From Deltaproteobacteria bacterium (GTDB taxonomy: Bacteria; Desulfobacterota; Binatia; UBA9968), in assembly GCA_009692615.1 (NCBI GenBank), contig SHYW01000001.1:14348-78347 (forward strand): 64,000 nt of DNA, in the 5' to 3' direction. Position 1 is the first letter of the stretch. The number at the start of each line of letters is the position of its first letter. The position numbers and the translations under genes were made by a program. The notes beneath the pieces are model-generated. The model did no database searches. It was given only the letters and a program-made list of their open reading frames with translations, and was not told where the DNA came from. Positions 58,146 to 64,000 of the stretch are shown here, piece by piece.

Positions 58146-59113
58146 CTGTTCACCTTCAGTTTGCGCGCCAAGGCCGGCCAGATACCGTTCGGCAGAAAGA
58201 CCACGACGAAAAATAGCGCGAGGCCGTAAATCAGTTGCTTGACACCGGGCACATCCCAGCCGAGGGCGGCGACCAGCTCGGTGCTACCGTCGGCGAGCAA
58301 GGTGAGCAACGCCGCGCCGACGATCGGGCCGAACAATGTACCGATGCCGCCGATGATCGGGCCGAGAATTATTTCAATCGATCGGCTGATGTTGAAAATC
58401 TGGTCGGGAAAAAGGTTGTTGTAGTAGAAAGCTTGAAACACGCCGGCGGGCGCCATCAGCGCGGCGCTGAGCGTCATCGCCAGCATTTTCCAGCGAAAGA
58501 TATTTATGCCGAGCGCCTGCGCCGCCTCTTGGTTCTCGCGAATCGCTTGCCAATAAAAACCGGCGCGGCTGTGCAGCAACCAGCGGCAAAGCGCCAATGC
58601 CGCCGCTGTCAATGCCAGTATGAGGTAGTAGAACAGCGCCGGCGGGCCGCGCAGATTGAGCAGATCGATTTGCTCGCGTTGGACAACTTTTAGAAATAAT
58701 CCACCCGAGCCGCCCACCCAGTTGAAATGATCGAAGCCGATGCGGGTGAACTCGGCGAACGCGATGGTCAGCAAAGTGAAATAAACGCCGGCGATGGCTG
58801 AACGAAAGGCGAGGGCGCCGATGACGGCGGCGACTAGCACGGATAATGAAATTGAAAGCCAGACGGTTGCCCACGGGCCAACGCCGAAGTGATGATACAG
58901 CGCGGCGGCGGCATAGGCGCCGACGCCGAGATAAAGCGAATGGCCGAGGGAGAGCTGGCCGGCGAAGCCGAGCAAAATATTCCAAGCTTGGCCGGTGTAG
59001 GCGAAGAACAGAAACAGTGTCGCTAGCGAGAGTACGTAGTTATTTGCAAAACTTGGTAGCAGCAGAAAAAGCGCGGCCAACATCGAGAGCCAAGCGATGG
59101 CGCGGCGGTTCAC
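58142..59113 (-). CDS. livM: Branched-chain amino acid ABC transporter permease LivM
   Basis: Multi-TM permease. The real start is probably the GTG overlapping the livH stop (TTGTGAAC); the ORF-track start at 59452 runs antisense into livH. Confidence 0.8.
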
Positions 59114-59985
59114 AACTTTCCACCGAGCAAGCCGCGGGGGCGTACTAGCAGGACGATGATCAGTAGCGCAAAGCTGATCATGCTTTTCGCCGACGGCGTG
59201 ATGAGCAGTCCGGCGAGTGCTTCCGAGACGCCGATGAGGACGCCGCCGAGCAGCGCGCCGTGAATAGAGCCGAGGCCGCCGACGATGACGATGACGAAGG
59301 CGAGCAACGTGTAGGTCGGTCCGAGGGCGGGGGTAAGATCGCCGAGCAGCAACATCATGCAGCCGGCAACCGCGACCGAGGCAGAGCCGAGGCCAAAGGC
59401 GACGGCGTAGCAGCGCTTGACGTCGAGGCCGACGACTTTGGCGCCGAGCCAATTGTCGGCGCAGGCGCGGATCGCCGTGCCGGTGTCGGTGCCGCGAAAG
59501 AAGGCGACCAGCGCTGCCGATGTCGCGAAGGCGACCAGCGCGGCGTAAAGTTTACCGCGATCGATGAGCAACGGGCCGAGCTCTATCGATTCCAGCAAAT
59601 AGTCAAGACTGATGTTGCGCGCATCGGGACCGAAGATAATCAGCTGCGCATTGGTCAGGATCACGGCGAGGGCGAGCAGCAGCAAGAACTGCGCATGATC
59701 GGGGCGGGTGATAAACGGATCGATGATCTTGGCCTGCAACAGATAGCCAAAAAAGAAAAATAGGATCGCTACAGGCACGATGGCGAGAAATGGATTGAGA
59801 CCCAGTGTCGTGAACAAAAGCACGGCGAGATACATCGCCAGCGTCATCATCTCGCCATGGGCGAAGTTAACCACCCGCGCGACGCCGAAGATCACCGACA
59901 GGCCGAGCGCCATCAGGCCGTAGACGAGGCCGGTGAGGACGCCGGAAATAATCACGTTAGCGAGAGTGACGAGATCAGTGGGCAT
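59110..59985 (-). CDS. livH: Branched-chain amino acid ABC transporter permease LivH
   Basis: LVNGVLTGLVYGLMALGLSVIFG-type N-terminus. Probable start MPTDLV; the upstream 19 codons lie inside the repeat element. Confidence 0.8.
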   Translation of the reverse strand: MPTDLVTLANVIISGVLTGLVYGLMALGLSVIFGVARVVNFAHGEMMTLAMYLAVLLFTTLGLNPFLAIVPVAILFFFFGYLLQAKIIDPFITRPDHAQFLLLLALAVILTNAQLIIFGPDARNISLDYLLESIELGPLLIDRGKLYAALVAFATSAALVAFFRGTDTGTAIRACADNWLGAKVVGLDVKRCYAVAFGLGSASVAVAGCMMLLLGDLTPALGPTYTLLAFVIVIVGGLGSIHGALLGGVLIGVSEALAGLLITPSAKSMISFALLIIVLLVRPRGLLGGKL

Positions 59986-60033
59986 GGAATGGTGAGAATT
60001 GCTGTCAAAGTGAAATCGAGTTCCTCCCGATTC

Positions 60034-60119
60034 CGTCATTCCGGCGCAGGCCGGAATCCAGTCATAGTCCCATTCGCTGCTAATTGCGAGTTTGGATGCC
60101 GGCCTTCGCCGGCATGACG
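60034..60119. repeat. Inverted pair of VIPAQAGIQ-type repeats
   Basis: 60034..60062 CCGTCATTCCGGCGCAGGCCGGAATCCAG and 60093..60119 TGGATGCCGGCCTTCGCCGGCATGACG. Between the livK-like gene and livH. Confidence 0.7.
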
Positions 60120-60123
60120 AACC

Positions 60124-61380
60124 TCAGATTCGCTTGTACTCCGCCCAAGGGAAAATCGGTTTTGCTTCGGCGGACGGCGTCGGCAGCACGACGACCGGTT
60201 TCTGGCCTTGGTTCTGAATGCAGGCGGACAGATTGCCTTCCACTTGGCCCTTGGCGTTGAACTTGATCGGCGCGCCGATCATCATGCGGTTTTTGATTTC
60301 CGTCGTGCGAATCGCTTCGGTCAGCGTCTGTGCATCGGTGGATTTCGCACGTTTGTAGGCGTCGGCGGCGATCAGGATCGCTTCGAAAGTGAAACCGACG
60401 TTGAGCGCGTGAAAGCGCAGCTGGTCTTTCGGATTCTGTTTTCTAAATGCCGCGTCCACGGATTTTGTCAGCGCGGCTTTGGGATCGAACCATGGAACGT
60501 TGGAGATGCAGCCTTCGGAGAGTTTGCCGAGGGTTTGAAAAAACTGGTTCTCGTACATGCCCGGCGAGCCTGGGCTGACGATGCCCATAATATTCCAGCG
60601 CTGCTTGACGATCTCGCGGCGCAGCACGATGGCATCGTTCAAGCGGCAGACGAGCATGAGGAAATCCGCCTTGGTCGCTTTGGCTTTCGACACTTCGACC
60701 GTCAAGTCTTTCGCCGCGGGATCGTAGGCGATGGTGTCGAGCAATTTAAATGGCAAGTTCAACTGCGGCAAGATCGCCGCGATCGCTTTGGCGTTGGCTT
60801 GTCCAAATGTGTCGTTGACGTGCATGAACAGCGCCGTGCGCGGCGTTATGCCAGTAGCTTTGAAAAGATCTTCGGTCAGCGTCAGCCCGTTTTTTACTAA
60901 TTCGCTGGCGACGGGAAAATTGCGAAAGACGAATTTATAACCTTGCTCGGTGATCTGCGGCGCGGCGGCGATGTTGATCACAAACGGTACGCCGCGCTGT
61001 TCGGCGACTTGCGCGATGGCCGCGGCAGCGCCCGAATCGAACGGCCCGACCAGGCAGTGCGCGCCTTCCTGAATCAAGCGCTCGGCGCGCGTGCGCGCGG
61101 TGTCGACGTTGGTATCCGTGTCGGCGTTCATCAGTTCGATGTCGACGCCGAGCAATTCCTTGATAACTTCCGGCGCGAGGTCCGCGCCTTTCTGACAGGA
61201 CTGGCCGATCAAACCTTGCAAACCGGATTTCGGCAGCAGCACGCCGATTTTTAATTTCCCCGACTCGGCGCGCACGATGTTAAACGGCGCCAACGCCGCG
61301 GCGCCAGCGGTTAAGAGGATTTTGTTGAAACGGCGGCGGTTAATCATTTGTCTCATGGGATTGGCCTTACTGGCAGACAA
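60124..61380 (-). CDS. livK: Branched-chain amino acid ABC transporter substrate-binding protein (LivK/Peripla_BP_6 family), Tat-type signal
   Basis: NRRRFNKILLTAGAAALAP twin-arginine signal, then KIGVLLPKSGLQGLIGQ, typical of type I periplasmic binding proteins. Confidence 0.8.
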   Translation of the reverse strand: MSASKANPMRQMINRRRFNKILLTAGAAALAPFNIVRAESGKLKIGVLLPKSGLQGLIGQSCQKGADLAPEVIKELLGVDIELMNADTDTNVDTARTRAERLIQEGAHCLVGPFDSGAAAAIAQVAEQRGVPFVINIAAAPQITEQGYKFVFRNFPVASELVKNGLTLTEDLFKATGITPRTALFMHVNDTFGQANAKAIAAILPQLNLPFKLLDTIAYDPAAKDLTVEVSKAKATKADFLMLVCRLNDAIVLRREIVKQRWNIMGIVSPGSPGMYENQFFQTLGKLSEGCISNVPWFDPKAALTKSVDAAFRKQNPKDQLRFHALNVGFTFEAILIAADAYKRAKSTDAQTLTEAIRTTEIKNRMMIGAPIKFNAKGQVEGNLSACIQNQGQKPVVVLPTPSAEAKPIFPWAEYKRI

Positions 61381-61624
61381 TGACTATTTCCGCGCTAATG
61401 TGTCAAGGCCGTCAACCGTTGCGGCAGAAATTGTTCGTCTCGGTATTGCTAGCTTCGCGCCGATCGCTCTTGGGTTAAATAGTTTTCGCATTGGCGTATT
61501 TGTGTCAATAGCTAGTGCGTCAAGGCGCATTCGTTCCGATCGAAAACAACCTTAGCTTTACGCGGAGAGGCGGAGTCTCATGGATTCACGATTGAGTTGT
61601 CGGCATTTGCAGCGAACCGTGGCG

Positions 61625-62140
61625 ATGGTGCTGTTGACGGTCCTAGCCGTTTGGTTTGCCAGTGTCGCTGCCGCGCGGGCGCAACAAAAAAGTAACGTTT
61701 CAGTCGCTAGCACGGCGCCCGCGCAGAGTGACAATGGCGCTAAAGCGGAAGCGCAGCCGGGACAACCCAGCGGTGTGCTTCATCCGCTGGATTTTCAACG
61801 GGTGCAATGGGCCTACCATTCGCTCTACATCACCGCCATCGGAGTTGTCGGCTGCATTCTCGCGCTGTTTATCTGTCTCTACTTTGGTAAAGACGTCAAG
61901 AACAGATTCGAGCCATTTTTCGGCGATGGCCAAGTCACCCAGCTTGTGGTGATCATCGCCGTGACTGGTAACGTTTGCAGCCTGGCTATCGCCGGCATCC
62001 TCAGCGCCAGTGAAGTCTCGGCGATCTACGGCGGCATTATCGGTTACGTCCTCGGACGAGGTAAAAAATCGGGTGATTCCGACAGGGGCAGTTCAGCGAA
62101 TGGCAAGCACGCGCCGGACGCCGCCAGCCATCAGCCGTAA
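61625..62140 (+). CDS. Hypothetical small membrane protein
   Basis: Signal or TM segment then three hydrophobic helices. Gly/Ser-rich C-terminus. No family recognised. Confidence 0.4.
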   Translation: MVLLTVLAVWFASVAAARAQQKSNVSVASTAPAQSDNGAKAEAQPGQPSGVLHPLDFQRVQWAYHSLYITAIGVVGCILALFICLYFGKDVKNRFEPFFGDGQVTQLVVIIAVTGNVCSLAIAGILSASEVSAIYGGIIGYVLGRGKKSGDSDRGSSANGKHAPDAASHQP

Positions 62141-62160
62141 TGATTCGATACGGCTAAATT

Positions 62161-62865
62161 GTGGCGAGCGAAAACCTTCAGCAGTTTTGGGACGAGTACG
62201 CTCTTTACTATACCAAGCTAAATCTTTCCCCGGTCCATCAGCGCTTTGTCGCAGACACTTGTCGTGCGGTCGCCGCCCGTGAAGGCGAAGAGATCCTCGA
62301 TTTGGGTTGCGGTCCGGGAATCATCGCCAAGGCGCTCGCCAAATGCGGTGCGCGGGTCATGGCAGTGGACTACTCCAAGACCATGCTGCGATTCGCGACG
62401 GAGGATGTTATCGACGCGTCGCGAGGGTTTGATGGATCGTTGCGCTTTGTCCACGCCGACGCGCAGGAATTTCTCAAGTCGACGGCGGACAATTCTTTCG
62501 ACGTCGTGGTTGCGAGCTTGTTGGTTTCCTACATTGGCACGGCGCTGAGCCGCCAGTCGGTGTTGGCGGAAGTGTTTCGTGTATTACGCCCCGGCGGCCG
62601 ATTGATCATGAACAACCCCAAGCCCCACGCGGAATTTTCGCGGGTGTTCTGGAAATCCGGCTGGACGGCGATTCGGCATATTGTTTACGCCGTCCAACTT
62701 TTGCGCTATGCGTTTCGCTTCAAGCGCTTCGACCGCCAGGATAAATTTCACTTCTTGTCGAAAAAAGAAACTGTCGAGTTGCTAACCGGCAGCGGTTTTG
62801 AGTTCGAGCCGTCGAACGCCATCAGCGCGTCGTTGGCCGATACCGTATTTTTGAGCGTGGCGTGA
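62161..62865 (+). CDS. Class I SAM-dependent methyltransferase
   Basis: Motif I ILDLGCGPGIIAKALA. Motif post-I VMAVDYS. LRPGGRLIM. Confidence 0.75.
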   Translation: MASENLQQFWDEYALYYTKLNLSPVHQRFVADTCRAVAAREGEEILDLGCGPGIIAKALAKCGARVMAVDYSKTMLRFATEDVIDASRGFDGSLRFVHADAQEFLKSTADNSFDVVVASLLVSYIGTALSRQSVLAEVFRVLRPGGRLIMNNPKPHAEFSRVFWKSGWTAIRHIVYAVQLLRYAFRFKRFDRQDKFHFLSKKETVELLTGSGFEFEPSNAISASLADTVFLSVA

Positions 62866-62909
62866 AAACCGAATTCAACCATGAGCGCAAATCGTTGACG
62901 CGGCTCATT

Positions 62910-63986
62910 TCAAAACTCTTCGCAGCGCCACTTCTGCTCGCCCCAGATATCGGCGCCGCCGATGATCGCGTCCCGGGCTTCCATGGGTAATTCGCCGCGC
63001 GCGGAGACCGGCGCTGCGCCAGGGAAGGGAAATATTTTGATCTCGTTGTAGGGACCGACTGTGCGCGACATCGCCGGTAACTCGACCGGCCGGTCGAGGC
63101 TGCCGGTGCTGACGATGGCGTCAGCTTCCGGAACGTAGAAGAGCACGGCGCTGTCGCTGCCTTGTTTGCCGCCGTTCTCGTAGGTGACCAGCGTGGTCTT
63201 GATGCCGATCCGTTCGCAGGCGCGCACGGCGAACATGACATCGACGAAGGCATTGCCGCCGCCGATCCACGTGATCAACGTGCCATCGGCGCCCATCGCT
63301 TTCGCCAACCCCGCGGCGTTTTGCGCTCCGACTTCTTTGCCGTGACTGGTTTCGAAACGAATGCGCTGCAAGACCACGCCGGCGAAGTTCAATGTTTTGC
63401 CGTGAGCTTCATACAAGCCGAGAATCAGCGGATGGTTTTGCCAATCCCAAGTGGTCGGATAGTAGCCGCGGCCCGATCTCGTCGTGTCCACCGTCACGGC
63501 ACCGTCGAAGATTTCGTTGGGGTGGACAAACGTCGCGAGGGATTCGCGCAGCGAGATGCCGTAATAGCCGACGCCGGAGTGCACATGCTGCGGATCGGTG
63601 ATGCAGCCTTGGATCAGCATTACCGTTGGCAGCTGGGGATTTCGTTCGCGTATGTCGTAGACTGTAACGTTTTCAGGCTCAAGCGTTTGCGTGATGGCGG
63701 CGATTCGTTCGGCGACTTTGAATTCCGCTTGCTGGATCGCGTGGTGCGCGTCGAGTTCGCCGAGGCCGGGGGCGATGCGGAAGTTGACGATCAAATGCGC
63801 ATGTTGACTAAAACGCGAGATCGCCTCGCCGGGACCGGTCATGTCGAGGGTCGCGCTGCGTTGTACCGTGGTGCCGGCGCGAATCGTGCATTCGTAGGCC
63901 GCGGCGGCGATCACGGTCATGCCTGACAAACGATGGGTGCGTCCTGCGCCGACGTTCGCCACCGGTCCTAAGATGCCGGGAAACAC
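62910..63986 (-). CDS. Glycine/sarcosine/betaine/D-proline reductase component B-like family protein (GRDB family)
   Basis: Resemblance to GrdB/PrdB-type subunits over the length. No in-frame TGA, so not a selenoprotein form. The start codon at 63986 is near the window edge and the gene may extend beyond it. Confidence 0.5.
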   Translation of the reverse strand: MFPGILGPVANVGAGRTHRLSGMTVIAAAAYECTIRAGTTVQRSATLDMTGPGEAISRFSQHAHLIVNFRIAPGLGELDAHHAIQQAEFKVAERIAAITQTLEPENVTVYDIRERNPQLPTVMLIQGCITDPQHVHSGVGYYGISLRESLATFVHPNEIFDGAVTVDTTRSGRGYYPTTWDWQNHPLILGLYEAHGKTLNFAGVVLQRIRFETSHGKEVGAQNAAGLAKAMGADGTLITWIGGGNAFVDVMFAVRACERIGIKTTLVTYENGGKQGSDSAVLFYVPEADAIVSTGSLDRPVELPAMSRTVGPYNEIKIFPFPGAAPVSARGELPMEARDAIIGGADIWGEQKWRCEEF

Positions 63987-64000
63987 GATGCCGTTGCCGG

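Overview
This 64 kb window is high-GC (~62%) bacterial chromosomal DNA. The gene content and repeat load resemble soil or sediment metagenome lineages of the Deltaproteobacteria, Rokubacteria or NC10 type.

The left end carries a conserved housekeeping block, with a partial lipoprotein, rlpA, then yebC, ruvC, ruvA, ruvB and a DUF2905 gene. An NtrY-like sensor kinase follows. Directly downstream of it is an unusual response regulator in which a receiver domain is fused to a complete, catalytically intact LpxC deacetylase domain. This fusion is the strongest candidate for a new regulatory system in the window. DUF2203 and queG come next.

The remainder is an accessory, transporter-rich region:
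- Many paralogous periplasmic substrate-binding proteins from the Bug/TctC, NMT1/SsuA, PF04392 and Liv families.
- Amidohydrolase_2, fumarylacetoacetate hydrolase, an MR/MLE-family enolase and acyl-CoA enzymes.
- A LolD/FtsX-type ABC transporter and a liv operon.
- lexA and an orphan hyuB.
- Three toxin-antitoxin-like pairs.
- An EgtD-family histidine-betaine methyltransferase divergent from an OpuC/EgtUV-like ABC importer.

Four substrate-binding protein paralogs are pseudogenised. Three each carry a single in-frame stop codon and the fourth carries a frameshift. Intergenic regions are saturated with at least five families of short palindromic or MITE-like repeats. One of these is a hairpin family with a conserved GTTCGGAWA loop and co-varying octamer stems. 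A roughly 700 bp low-GC islet encodes an orphan lipoprotein. No rRNA, tRNA, CRISPR array or recognisable transposase was seen.
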